Positions 41,200-52,642 of a stretch of 64,000 nucleotides of DNA are shown here, in pieces. Under the pieces are notes generated by a model that ran no database searches, had not been told where the DNA came from, and saw only the letters and a list, made by a program, of their open reading frames with translations. Position 1 is the stretch's first letter. Every line of letters starts with the position of its first letter. The stretch is from an uncultured Verrucomicrobiae bacterium (GTDB taxonomy: Bacteria > Verrucomicrobiota > Verrucomicrobiia > Limisphaerales > Palsa-1400), in the NCBI GenBank assembly GCA_963702845.1, contig OY969763.1:1824001-1888000 (forward strand), written 5' to 3'. Position numbers and translations under genes: made by a program.

Positions 41200-43813
41200 T
41201 CACTTTACTTGCGTGAAAATTTCAACGAGTCGCCATCGCGCAGTTACTTTCACGCGATCGCCAGGCTTGAATTCACCGTCGAGCAGCTTGACCGCGAGCG
41301 GATTCAGCAAGCTCATCCTGAATCGTGCGCTTCAGCGGCCGCGCGCCAAACTGTGGATCATAACCTTCGCGCGCAATCAACTTCTTGGCTGCGGAATCGA
41401 TGTCCAACGTCAGACGCTGCTGCGCCAGACGTTTCTCTACCGTGCGCAACTGGATTTCCACAATCTTCTCCAGTTGCTCCTCGTCGAGGCTGCGGAAGAT
41501 AATAATTTCATCGACGCGATTCAGGAACTCAGGCCGAAAATATTTTCGCAACTCCGCTTTCACCAACTGCTCCATTTCAGCATGCGCCGTCGGGCTCTTC
41601 GATTTCTCCAGCGAATAAAAATCGTGAATAATCGGCGACCCTATATTGCTCGTCATGATGATGATCGTGTTCTTGAAATCGACCGTGCGTCCCTGACCAT
41701 CGGTCAGACGCCCGTCGTCGAGCACTTGCAAAAGAATGTTAAACACGTCCTGGTGCGCTTTTTCGATTTCATCAAACAACACCACGCTATATGGACGTCG
41801 GCGCACCGCTTCGCTGAGTTGCCCGCCTTCTTCGTAGCCAACATATCCCGGAGGCGCGCCGACGAGGCGAGCGACCGTGTGTCGCTCCATGTATTCGCTC
41901 ATGTCGATGCGAATCATCGCGTTTTCGTCATCAAATAGGAATTCAGCCAACGCCCGCGCCAGTTCAGTTTTTCCGACACCTGTCGGTCCGAGAAAAATAA
42001 ACGAACCCATCGGCCGATTCGGATCCTGCAAGCCGCTACGCGCACGGCGCACCGCATTTGAAACAGCGCGAATCGCCGGTTCCTGGTCAATGACACGCTG
42101 GTGAAGGCGGTCTTCCATTTTGACGAGTTTCTCGCGTTCGCCCTCGAGCATTTTCGTGACGGGAATGCCGGTCCAGGTCGCAACCACTTTTGCGATATCT
42201 TCCTCAGTGACTTCCTCGTTCAGCAAACGCTTGCCCTGTCGCTCAGCGAAATCCTTTTGTGCCTTGGCCAATTTGTTTTGCAGATCGGGAATCTGGCCGT
42301 ATTGGATTTGCGCCGCGGTATTCAAATCGCCAGCCCGTTGCGCAGCGTCCATCTTGTTTTTAGCTTCTTCCAGTTGGCCGTTGAGAATAGCAATCACGTT
42401 GATCGCAGCTTTTTCGTTCTGCCATTGCGCTTTGAGCTTCGAGGATTGCTCTTTCAAGTTCGCCAGTTCCTCCTCGAGCTTTTTCAGACGCTCACGTGAC
42501 GCGGCGTCCTTTTCCTTTTTCAAGGCGGTCTGCTCGATTTCCAACTGCATGATCTTGCGCTCCAGTTGATCGATTTCCACCGGCATCGAATCCAGTTCCA
42601 TGCGCAGACGCGACGCCGCTTCGTCCATCAGGTCGACCGCTTTGTCAGGCAGGAAACGATCGGTAATATATCGATGCGACAGCGTCGCCGCCGCCACAAG
42701 CGCAGCGTCTTGAATGCGAATGCCGTGATGCACTTCATAACGTTCTTTCAAACCGCGCAAAATCGCGATCGTCTCATCGACACTCGGTTCATTCACATAA
42801 ACCGGCTGAAACCGCCGTTCCAGCGCCGGATCTTTTTCGATGTGTTTGCGATATTCGTCCAACGTCGTCGCGCCGATGCAGCGCAGTTCACCGCGCGCGA
42901 GTTGCGGTTTGAGCATGTTCGAAGCGTCCGTTGCGCCTTCGGCCGCGCCCGCGCCGACGATTGTATGCAATTCGTCAATGAATAAAATGATCTTACCTTC
43001 GCTGGACGTGACTTCCTTCAGGAACGCCTTCAATCGATCTTCGAATTCGCCGCGATACTTCGCCCCGGCGATCATTGCGCCGAGATCCATCGAAATAAGG
43101 CGCTTGTTCTTGAGCGTTTCCGGAACGTCCCCGCTAATGATGCGCCGAGCCAATCCTTCAACTATGGCCGTCTTACCCGTGCCGGGTTCACCGATGAGGA
43201 CAGGATTGTTTTTGGTGCGACGGGTCAACACCTGCATCACGCGCCGAATTTCCTCGTTGCGACCGATGACAGGATCGATTTTGCCCGAGCGCGCCATCGC
43301 CGTGAGGTCACGCCCGTATTTGTCCAAAGCCTGAAACTTGTCTTCCGGGTTCGGGTCCGTCACGCGCTGGTTGCCGCGCAATTCCGCGAGCGCCTTAAGC
43401 ACCTTGTCACGCGATACGCCGGATTGCTTCAGCAATTTCTTTAATGTCGAACTGCCTTCATCCAACAACCCAAGCAGCAAATGTTCGGTGCTGATGTATT
43501 CATCTTTCAACTTGCCGGCCTCGCGCATCGCTGCGTCCAAAGTCTTCTTCAGGGCCGTGCTATAAAAGAGGTCCGACGAAGGTGCGCCGTGAACTTTGAC
43601 TTTGCGCTCCAGTTCGGAATCAACATCACCGGCGAGTTTCGAAACCGGCACGCCGAGCTTTTCCAAGAGGGCAGGGACAAGGCTGTCCGTCTGGGCCAAC
43701 AGGGCGGACATTAAATGATCTGCATCCACTTCCTGGTTGGCGTAGGTGTGCGCTGCCTGTTGCGCGCCTTGCAGCGCCTCTTGGGCTTTGATCGTCAGCT
43801 TGTCAAGTTGCAT
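41200..43813 (-). CDS. clpB: ATP-dependent chaperone ClpB; frameshift near the 3' end (~41300), end approximate
   Basis: Two AAA+ modules ([16 protein letters not shown]), coiled-coil M domain, GARPLKR. Confidence 0.97.
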
Positions 43814-43930
43814 ACCTAAGTATTCAATGAATACGTCCCAGTGCAACATCGTCTACAGACTGAGCTCAAATTCAGTTCGTGCGCGCAGTCGTTGTGTGTT
43901 CGTGTAACTGATTAAAACCAAATCGACCGC

Positions 43931-44623
43931 ATGAAAAATAAACGAGGCTTCACCCTGATCGAACTGCTCGTCGTTATCGCCATCATCGCAATTTTAGCCT
44001 CGATGCTCCTACCCGCTCTCGCGCGCGCAAAACAAAAAGCCCGCGACGCCCAATGCATGTCCAACCTCCGCCAATGCGGCATTGCCATGCACGCCTACCT
44101 CGGTGATTTCCGCGACCGCATCTTTTGGGGCGACCCGCAAGACGTCAATCAAAGCTTTAACACAAACGGAATGGAATGGTTCGTTTGGGCAGGCCGAACC
44201 AACAACATCGGGATCCCGGCAGCGATTCAACAAGATATTTTCCGTCGCATCGACCGTCCGCTCAATCACTATGGTGTCACCGACAAACTCGTGACGTGTC
44301 CCTCTGATCAAGGCAGGTCCGCGGACGATGTGACTGGTGGAGCAGGGTTCAAACTCGTCGATTGGGTGGGCAACTCCTATATCTTCAACTTCGGTGGCAC
44401 AAACTACAATGGCAACTGGTCCGGCGGCCTCGACAACAAAATCGCCGCCAATGTCACTAACGTCTCTAGAGAAGTCATGTTTGCCGAAGGCATCATGCCC
44501 TACCCAAACGACAGCAAGACCTGGCACAAGCAGGACAAGCCCGCCGGCAATCTATTGTGTGTCGATGGCCACGCCGCCTTCCGCTACGCCGACGCCGCCC
44601 AACGCGAGTTCGACTGGAATTGA
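43931..44623 (+). CDS. Prepilin-type N-terminal cleavage/methylation protein (H-X9-DG-like)
   Basis: [36 protein letters not shown]. Confidence 0.9.
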   Translation: MKNKRGFTLIELLVVIAIIAILASMLLPALARAKQKARDAQCMSNLRQCGIAMHAYLGDFRDRIFWGDPQDVNQSFNTNGMEWFVWAGRTNNIGIPAAIQQDIFRRIDRPLNHYGVTDKLVTCPSDQGRSADDVTGGAGFKLVDWVGNSYIFNFGGTNYNGNWSGGLDNKIAANVTNVSREVMFAEGIMPYPNDSKTWHKQDKPAGNLLCVDGHAAFRYADAAQREFDWN

Positions 44624-44654
44624 CGCCCCGCTTTAGAGTTGTCGAATGGCCGCT

Positions 44655-45119
44655 CTACAACGACTTGATCACACGCGCCATTTCAAGAGCCGTTTGCGCC
44701 GCTTCCGTGCCGCGATTGTGCTCTTTGCTCAAACAACGCACCTTCGCCTGTGCTGCATTCTCCAACAGAAGCACTTCGTGAATGACCGGGATGCCGGATT
44801 GAACCTGAATATGCATCAGCGCCGAAGTGACCGCGTTCCCGATTTGCTGCGCGTGGTCTGTTTCACCGCGCAGGATGACCCCGAGACAAATGATGCCCGA
44901 TAGCTTCCATCTCCTGGAAGCGAGCATTCCAGCGACCACTGGGATTTCGAAAGCGCCAGGGACGCGCACGAGTTTCACCCCTGCGGAACCGCCGCGCTCC
45001 AGTTCGCGCTTGGCCGCTTCCACCATCGCGTCCACATATTCGCCATTATACTTTGATGCGACGATGGCGAAGTGGCCGCCAGTGTCGCGCATTCTCGACT
45101 GAAGGTTTTTTCGGAGCAT
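44655..45119 (-). CDS. ribH: 6,7-dimethyl-8-ribityllumazine synthase
   Basis: VPGAFEIP, CLGVILRGETDH, NRGTEAAQTALEM. Confidence 0.95.
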   Translation of the reverse strand: MLRKNLQSRMRDTGGHFAIVASKYNGEYVDAMVEAAKRELERGGSAGVKLVRVPGAFEIPVVAGMLASRRWKLSGIICLGVILRGETDHAQQIGNAVTSALMHIQVQSGIPVIHEVLLLENAAQAKVRCLSKEHNRGTEAAQTALEMARVIKSL

Positions 45120-45120
45120 G

Positions 45121-46321
45121 TTAGAGCAGGTGCCCAAGTTTTTCGCGCTTGGTCTTCAAATATTTTTCGTTGTGCGGATTGGCTTTGGCACGGATAGGAA
45201 TCTGTTTCGTAATTTCCAATCCGTAACCTTCAAGGCCAACAATTTTCTTCGGATTATTCGTCAGCAGACAAATCTTTTTCAACCCGAGGTCGACAAGAAT
45301 TTGCGCACCCAAACCGTATTCGCGCAGATCCATCCCATAGCCCAGTTTCAAATTGGCTTCGACAGTATCGTAGCCATTTTCCTGAAGCTTATACGCCTTG
45401 ATTTTCGGACCAAGACCGATGCCGCGACCTTCCTGGCGCATATAGACAATCACGCCTTGTCCGGCGTCGTTGATCTGCCGCATAGCCTGTTGCAGTTGCC
45501 AACCGCAATCGCAACGGCAAGAACCGAACACATCACCCGTGAGACATTCGCTGTGCACGCGCACGAGCACATTTTTCTTTCCGGCGACTGCGCCCTTCAC
45601 CAGCGCGACGTGGTTCGTGTCGTCGAGGTGTGACTTGTATAAATACAGGTCGAAATCGCCGTAAGCAGTCGGCATCTTCACAATTTCGACGCGTTCCACC
45701 AACTTCTCTCGCGTGCGACGATAGAGAATCAGGTCCTGAATCGTGCAGACCTTCAGCTTGTGCTTTTTCGCGAACTTCTTCAGTTCCGGCAAACGAGCCA
45801 TCGACCCGTCGTCACTCATGATCTCACAAATCACACCGATAGGACGCCCGCCCGCGAGCTTGACCAAATCGACTGCAGCTTCGGTATGACCAGCGCGTTG
45901 CAAAACGCCGCCCGGTTTCGCTCTCAAAGGAAAAACGTGTCCCGGCTGAATCAAATCGTCGGGCACCGCCGTCGGGTCCGCCATAATACGAATGGTGCGA
46001 GCACGATCGGCAGCACTGATTCCGGTGGTGATTCCGGATGCCGCATCAACGCTCACCTGAAAATCCGTCCGAAACTTGTCACGGTTCTGAACCACCATTT
46101 GTTCGACGCCGAGCTGTTTCAAGCGCTCGGTGGTGGTAGGGAACACAAATGAGGCCGCGCCCGTGTTTCGCCATGAAATTCACCGCTGCGGGCGTCACGC
46201 ACTCGGCGGCCATAATCAGGTCGCCTTCATTCTCCCGGTCCGCATCGTCGACCACGATCACCATCTTGCCCGTGCGCAAGTCGGCGACCACTCCTTCGAT
46301 GCTGTCAAATACGCGTTTCAT
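45121..46321 (-). CDS. ribBA: Bifunctional DHBP synthase / GTP cyclohydrolase II; frameshift near 46145
   Basis: [48 protein letters not shown]. Confidence 0.95.
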
Positions 46322-46364
46322 TCCAATATGAACCTAACGGGGAAACCCCCAACAACCAAGCCCG

Positions 46365-46483
46365 AAGCTCCATAGAAAGAAGCTCCAAACTTCAGAGAAA
46401 ATCCAATTCACCAGCGCCATCGTGACGCTTGCGTTTGGAGCTTCTCTGGAGCTTGGAGCTTGGAGCTTGTGATTTAGAGCTTT
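46365..46483. repeat. Heptamer (AAGCTCC/GGAGCTT) repeats arranged as an inverted repeat
   Basis: AGAAGCTCCAAAC (46378-46390) / GTTTGGAGCTTCT (46433-46445), followed by tandem TGGAGCT units. Confidence 0.8.
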
Positions 46484-46486
46484 AGA

Positions 46487-46699
46487 TTAGTTCTGCGCTT
46501 TTGGCGAGATCAACGTCTTCTTCGAAGCGCCTTCGGAGGTGCAAGCACCAGCTTTTTTGCCGGCGCAGCAGGCCTTCTTGTCGGCGGAAGCGGCGCATTG
46601 TTTCTTCGCCAAAGGACATTCCTTCTTGGCTTCTTCCGCGAAGGTCGCGGTGCTGATGGCAAATGCTGCAATTGTCAGTGTCAGGATGACTTTTTTCAT
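46487..46699 (-). CDS. Small secreted Cys/Lys/Ala-rich protein
   Basis: Signal peptide MKKVILTLTIAAFAISTATFA; CPL..C..ACC..C. Confidence 0.75.
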   Translation of the reverse strand: MKKVILTLTIAAFAISTATFAEEAKKECPLAKKQCAASADKKACCAGKKAGACTSEGASKKTLISPKAQN

Positions 46700-46766
46700 T
46701 TTATTTTACTTTCTAAACTTTTCGGTTCCTCAGCTATCAGACGTGCAACCGGGGAAAATTGTTCAA

Positions 46767-46997
46767 CTACTTCTTCTTTTTGTGATGACGCTTGCCGTGG
46801 TGCTTTTTGCGCTTGTGATGTTTCTTATGCTTCTTGTGCTTGCGATGTTTACGCGGATGCGTGCTGACGTTAACAACTTGAGTGCGGCTTCCGATCCGGG
46901 CGGTGCGCGTTCCGGAGTTGACGATGGCGGCATCAACGCAAAGGGTCGAAGTCAAAACGAAGACCGACAGCAGCACGTACAATAGGACTTTTTTCAT
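46767..46997 (-). CDS. Small secreted protein with His/Lys-rich tail
   Basis: Signal peptide MKKVLLYVLLSVFVLTSTLCVDA; tail HPRKHRKHKKHKKHHKRKKHHGKRHHKKKK. Confidence 0.7.
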   Translation of the reverse strand: MKKVLLYVLLSVFVLTSTLCVDAAIVNSGTRTARIGSRTQVVNVSTHPRKHRKHKKHKKHHKRKKHHGKRHHKKKK

Positions 46998-47046
46998 CAC
47001 CAATGTTGTTTGGATAGTTGCCGTGTAAGATACAGCAGCCCAGCCA

Positions 47047-48084
47047 CTAGTCGAGAATTTTTCCGTCCGGCGTCGCCTCGAAACTCTCGTCGTTGTCGTC
47101 ACGTGTAACATCGACCTCGTAATACAGGCTATCGCTTTCCTGCGTTTTGGTGATGGGACCGACGGTCGCGCCCGCTGTATTTTCCTGAATGAGCTTTTGC
47201 ACCGGCGCCGGAACCTGAGCGAGCGGGATGACCTCGCTTTCGCTCACGAGCGTCCCATTCATTTCAACGACGAGCGAGTGCTCGTTGGTCGATCCGGTGA
47301 ATTCAACGGTGTATTGGCAATCGTGCGCCTCGCAGTCTTTGACGACCTTTAGGTCGGGACCGTTGCCCATGCGCGCGAGAATGGCCTTCTGCACCGCTGC
47401 CGGTGTTTCGAACAAGGTGAGTTCGCGCCGCAACAGATCGCCATCGTCCGCGACGAAGAACTCGAACTCTTTATCATTATTCGCCGCTTCGATGTGAAAA
47501 CTGACGTCGCCGCTTTCAACCACTTTGCCGAGATAAGTTATTTTGGCGGCGTTCAGTTCGGCTTTGATCGTGGCCTGCGCCGGGGCCGGAAGTTGCGCGA
47601 GATCGGTTTCAGTTTCTACGCTCAACACCTTTCCTTTGCTGTCCACTTCAACGAACGTGCTCTTGTCGTTCTTCGTGATCTCGGCTTCGAACGTGGTTTG
47701 TTCGTTATCAACGAATCGAGTGACCTGTTCGATTTTTCCGCCAGTTGCCTGTTGGCGAAAAACGTTCTGGACCGGTTTCGGGCAACCACCGAGACCCAGG
47801 TGCTGTTCGAGGTAAACGAACTTGCCGGACGCGGAGAGGTCCACGTCGTTGTGCTTGCCGTTCTTGCCACCGGAAAAGTGGTAAATGGTTTCGCCTTTTT
47901 CCATTCTCGTTTCCGCGGAAGGCGAACCATTGATGAAATGGTGCGCTTCTTTTTGGACCGGCTCGGGTATCTGAGACCAAGGGATTTTTGTGGCGTGGCA
48001 GGTGAAAGATCCAAGCACCAAGATCCAAGCACCAAGCTTCAAGCCACGCCGATTCGCCCGAGGTATCGTCATAGGTTTATCCAC
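47047..48084 (-). CDS. Secreted PepSY-like (BLIP-like) repeat protein
   Basis: Five ~60-aa repeats 'P.PVQ.......YE.E......V..DG.L'. Confidence 0.8.
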   Translation of the reverse strand: MDKPMTIPRANRRGLKLGAWILVLGSFTCHATKIPWSQIPEPVQKEAHHFINGSPSAETRMEKGETIYHFSGGKNGKHNDVDLSASGKFVYLEQHLGLGGCPKPVQNVFRQQATGGKIEQVTRFVDNEQTTFEAEITKNDKSTFVEVDSKGKVLSVETETDLAQLPAPAQATIKAELNAAKITYLGKVVESGDVSFHIEAANNDKEFEFFVADDGDLLRRELTLFETPAAVQKAILARMGNGPDLKVVKDCEAHDCQYTVEFTGSTNEHSLVVEMNGTLVSESEVIPLAQVPAPVQKLIQENTAGATVGPITKTQESDSLYYEVDVTRDDNDESFEATPDGKILD

Positions 48085-51000
48085 CGATCAATTGTTTCGC
48101 CTTCGCGAGCGCCTCGTCGAGCTTCACTGCGTCTTTGCCGCCGCCGCGCGCGTTGTCGGGTTTGCCACCGCCTTTGCCGCCGACGATCGGGGCAATCGCT
48201 TGAATGATTTTGCCGGCCTGGAATTTCGCCGTGAAATCTGGAGAGACCGCGGACATTAAAGAGACGGCATTATTCGCCGTGCCGCCTAGAACGATCACGC
48301 CTTTGAATTGTCCTTTCAACGCATCGGCAATGTCCTGCAGGAAATCGCCATCGGCTGCGGCGATGTTCTCGATGATCGCAGGTGTGCCGTTCAAAGTCTG
48401 GGCGCGTTGCACGAGAGTCTTCGCCAGATCGGCCGCTTGTTTTTGCTGCATCGACTTGAGCTGCTTCTCGAGTTCCTTCTGCTGCGCGAGCAGGGCTTCG
48501 ACCTTCTTCTCCAATTCGCCGACTGGCGCACTGACTTTTTTCGCGACGGAGCTGATGAGAGCGGTTTCTTCTTTGGCCTTTTCGTAAGCAGCGAGGCCGG
48601 AGAGAGCCTCGATACGCCGGATGCCCGCAGCAACCGCATTTTCTGAAACAATGCGGAACAAACCGATTTCACCGGTAGCACGAGTGTGCGTGCCGCCGCA
48701 AAGTTCCATCGAATAGCCATTGAGCGCTTTGGACTGGCCGCCGATTTGGACAACCCGAACGACGTCGCCGTATTTTTCGCCGAAGAATTGCATGATCTCT
48801 TTGCGACCCTTGATTTCCGCAAATGGAACTTCCGTCCAGGAAACAACAGCGTTTTCGAGGATGCGTTCGTTGACGAGTTTTTCAACATCGGCGACTTGCT
48901 CCGGCGTCAAAGCGGCGCTGCTGAAATCGAACGTCAATTTGTCCGGCCCAACATACGAACCTTTTTGCGTCGCATCCTGGTTGACCACTTCGTGCAGTGC
49001 CCAATGGAGCAGGTGCGTGACGGTGTGATGGCGCTCGATGGCGTGACGACGACCGGCATCAACGGAGATGCGGATCGCTTCACCGACTTCGGGATTTCGA
49101 CCATCGATCATTGCTGCGCGATGGAGAAAGGCGTCGCCTTTCTTTTGTGTGTCGACGATTTTCAGTTTGCCGACTTCGGTGCGGTCGTGGCCGGGGACGT
49201 GGAGCAAACCAAAGTCGCCGACCTGGCCGCCCATTTCGGCGTAGAGCGGTGACTTATCGAGCACGACGATGATTTCGTTCGGTTTCTCCGATGGAGCGAT
49301 TGCCTGGACGATAGCTTCGGTTTCGAGATAGTCGTAACCGAGGAATTTGGTCGCGCCGAGTTTCAGGCCGTCTTCGCTCAGTTTAATCACTTGCTTTTTC
49401 TTTTCATGATCTTCGCGTGCGCGATTGCGCTGTTCTTCCATCAGTTTTTCGAAACCGATGACGTCGACCTTCAGGCCGCGTTCGCGAGCCATCAGTTCAG
49501 TGAGGTCGAGCGGAAAACCATATGTATCGTACAGTTTGAATGCCGAAGGCCCTGGAAGAACAGGCTCAATCTGTTTCGGCAGCTCTTGACTGAGTGTGAT
49601 GAGTTCCTTGCGTAAGGTGGTTCGGGCTCGATCAAAAGCGACCGGGTCGCTGCCGCTCTCGATAAATCGATCAAATGCGCTATCAGCCGTCTTGGCCAAA
49701 TCTCGGGCTTTTTTGGCAACAGGTCCAAGCGTTTGGACTATAGCTGTAAGATTGTCCCCCAACTTCTGTTCACTAACCTTTTCGATAAACCTGTCCGACA
49801 AAGTCGAAGTGACATCCAAAATCAACGTAGCCCAAATACCTTCCAACTTTGTACGACTGGCGGGAAATGCATCAGGAATGGAATCAATCTCTCGAATAAT
49901 GTCTTGCACCCGCGGAGGAGCCGAAGTCAAAAACTTTGTTGCGCCCTCTATCTCCTTGGCTGCGACCTCAAAGAACGCGCACCCGGTATCGAGCGTTTTG
50001 TTAAACGCTTCTTCTTCCCGTAGGATGACCTCAACGACGTGCGACTGTTTTTTGCGGATTTCAGGGAAAACGTCGCCCATCGTGTCGGCAAGAATGTCGA
50101 CCAGTTTGTAAAAGAACGGTTCCGTAAAACCTAACGTGCGGCCGTAGCGAACGGCGCGACGGAGGATGCGACGCAGGACGTAGTTGCGGTCATTGTTGCC
50201 GGGGAGGATGCCGTCGGCGATGGAGAAACTCAGGGTGCGGATATGGTCGGCGATGACGCGCATCGCGACGTCGATTTTTTCCTGCTCGGTGTCGCCGGTG
50301 CTGCCGGTTTTCGGCAAAGTGGACTTGTAGGTCTTGCCGCTCATTTTTTCGAGCTTGTCGAAAATGGGGCGGAAAATGTCAGTCTCGTAATTCGAAATCG
50401 TGCGGCTGAAATCGCTGAAGCCTTTTGTGTTTTGGATGATGCCGCTGACGCGTTCGAAACCCATGCCGGTATCGACGTGTTTGGCGGGCAGGGGAGAGAA
50501 CGTGCCGTCGGGGTTCGCGTTGAACTGGATGAAAACGAGGTTCCAGATTTCAATGCATTGCGCGCTGCCTTTGTTGACGAGCGAGCCTTTGGTATCGCCG
50601 TTCGGCGTGAGATCGACGTGCAGTTCGCTGCATGGACCGCACGGGCCGGTGTCGCCCATCATCCAGAAATTGTCTTTCTTGTTGCCGTAAACGATATGGA
50701 CTTTCGGATCGAGATCCGGCCTCGGTGAACCATTTGGACCAATAATCGTACGCTTCCTGGTCGAAGTCGCTTGGATCGCCCGGCCCCGGTTTATAGACCG
50801 TCGCGTAGATGCGGTTCTTCGGAAATTTCCAAACGCCGGTGACGAGTTCCCAGGCCCATTCGATCGCTTCCTTTTTGAAATAATCGCCAAAGCTCCAGTT
50901 CCCGAGCATTTCGAAAAATGTGTGGTGATAGGTATCGAGGCCGACATCTTCGAGATCGTTGTGTTTGCCGCCGGCGCGAATGCACTTCTGGGTATCGGCC

Positions 51001-51209
51001 GCGCGAGTGGATTTGGCGGGAATGGCGCCGGCCCATTTATCGACATCCGGCGCGCGTTGGCCGAGGAAGATCGGGACGAACTGGTTCATGCCTGCGTTCG
51101 TGAACAGCAGGTTGGGGGAGTCCGGCATCAGGCTCGACGAGGGCACGATGGTGTGCGCCTTCGATTTGAAGAAATCCAAGTAGGACTGGCGAATTTGGGT
51201 GCTCGTCAT
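48077..51209 (-). CDS. alaS: Alanine--tRNA ligase; frameshift near 50714; ~120-aa in-frame insertion
   Basis: [53 protein letters not shown]. Confidence 0.97.
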
Positions 51210-51280
51210 TGGGTCTAGTCTAAAGTTAAAGGTCTAAAGTTCAAAGTTTAAGGCATTAAGTCAAAGGTAACTTTTGCGGA

Positions 51281-51313
51281 GGGCGTTTCCAACTGGCCGA
51301 GTTGGAAACGCCC
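51281..51313. repeat. Perfect 14-bp inverted repeat (hairpin)
   Basis: GGGCGTTTCCAACT-GGCCG-AGTTGGAAACGCCC. Confidence 0.8.
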
Positions 51314-51636
51314 TTGGACCGCTGCCGGTTAGAAACCGGCGCTCCGAAAGACCTTGCTGCGCTCGGGACGGGCGCACTCCGGAAAATGCGCCGGAATGTT
51401 GCTACTAGTTGCTACAAGCGACTACTGGCGGCAACTGGTTGTGACATTTCTGACGTGTTTGTTGCTATTTCAAAGAACGAATCGGGCCGTTTTGGGCTCG
51501 AGGCCGGCTTGGCCGGCGACCATGGTTGAGAGACTAGGTGGGAAGTAGCGGGCTGTCAATAGGATGTAGCATAACAAATAGTTTGGCGACAGTGTTGACA
51601 GGGTAGTGCCTTCATTTTTATTGTTTTTGGATTGAT

Positions 51637-52470
51637 ATGAATGCCAACGAACACAATGACGGAGAGAATTTCAAATTTGAAATTTCGGATTTGAAAGAGG
51701 GACAGGTTTTAGAGCGTAAAGAAGAGTCGGAGGCTGTGGCGGTTGGGGATGCGGCGGTCACGGTGGTGGCGGAGGGTTCACGGGTTGCAGTGGAGGGAGG
51801 AAGTAAAGTTCGATGGAAGAAACGCGGAGCACGGATTACAGCCGTGGCGAGGGAGTCGGTTTGTGGTGAGGTGGCGGGGGTTTTGCCGGGAAGGAAGCGG
51901 TGGGGGAAGATTGCGCGGATGCCGTTTGAGACGCGGGAATGGTTGAATGAACAAATCCGGGATGGAATGAAATATGTGGAGATTTCGGCGGCGCTGAAGA
52001 AGAAGGGGTTTGATGGGGTGACGAAGTTTGATTTGTCGACGTGGCAACGCGGCGGGCATCAGGATTGGTTGCGCGACCAGGAACGGATGGCGGCGATTCG
52101 GAATGATGTTGGCCGAGTGGTTAAGGCGGTGGAGAAGTTGTCGGAGAATGAGGCAGAAGGAATTGAACGGTTTAATGAAATGTTGATTGGGATGCAGATT
52201 GTGCATTCGTTGCAGGACTTGCATCGGGGGACGTTGAAGGAGCTGGTGGAGGGGAAGCCAGAGTTGGTTTTCCGAATTGCGCGGGTGACGAGTGATCAGG
52301 CGCGGGATCGGGCGAGGAGGAAGCGGGCGAGGAGGAAGCGGGCGAATTTGTTGGTGCGAAAGTATGATGACGGGCTGAAGGAAAAGAAGGCGAGTGTTCA
52401 ACCGGTAATGAAGCGAGGGCTGACGCCGGAGACGCTGAAGCAGATTGAAGCGGCAATGGCGAGGTTGTAG
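51637..52470 (+). CDS. Hypothetical protein with phage Mu gp27/DUF3486-like HTH
   Basis: GKIARMPFETREWLNEQIRDG..Y..I...L..LSTWQRGGHQDWL; C-terminal GLTPETLKQIE. Confidence 0.6.
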   Translation: MNANEHNDGENFKFEISDLKEGQVLERKEESEAVAVGDAAVTVVAEGSRVAVEGGSKVRWKKRGARITAVARESVCGEVAGVLPGRKRWGKIARMPFETREWLNEQIRDGMKYVEISAALKKKGFDGVTKFDLSTWQRGGHQDWLRDQERMAAIRNDVGRVVKAVEKLSENEAEGIERFNEMLIGMQIVHSLQDLHRGTLKELVEGKPELVFRIARVTSDQARDRARRKRARRKRANLLVRKYDDGLKEKKASVQPVMKRGLTPETLKQIEAAMARL

Positions 52471-52586
52471 GGAAAGGGTGAAGGTGCGTGAGTCGGTAAG
52501 TCGGAGCGCGAATGGGAACGATCGAACATGGTCGGAGGTTCAATTCGCGTTGTGATGTTGCTGCGCGCGAGACGCCCGCACTCCGA

Positions 52587-52617
52587 AAAAACGCCGCCGA
52601 TGAAAACCGGCGGCGTT
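52587..52617. terminator. Intrinsic terminator between convergent genes
   Basis: AAAAAACGCCGCCG-ATGAAAAC-CGGCGGCGTT hairpin with an A-tract (U-tract on the minus strand). Confidence 0.6.
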
Positions 52618-52642
52618 ATCGATTAAATTTTCTGGCTGGATC

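Noticed and set aside
46322..46486. FMN riboswitch upstream of ribBA
   Set aside because: No RFN consensus (AGGGCGGGGTGAAATTCCC); the region is heptamer repeat.
49565..49985. Intein in alaS
   Set aside because: A Cys occurs near the start, but there is no His-Asn + Cys/Ser/Thr end and no homing endonuclease motif.
50700..50730. Programmed ribosomal frameshift in alaS
   Set aside because: No slippery heptamer; similar indels occur throughout the window.
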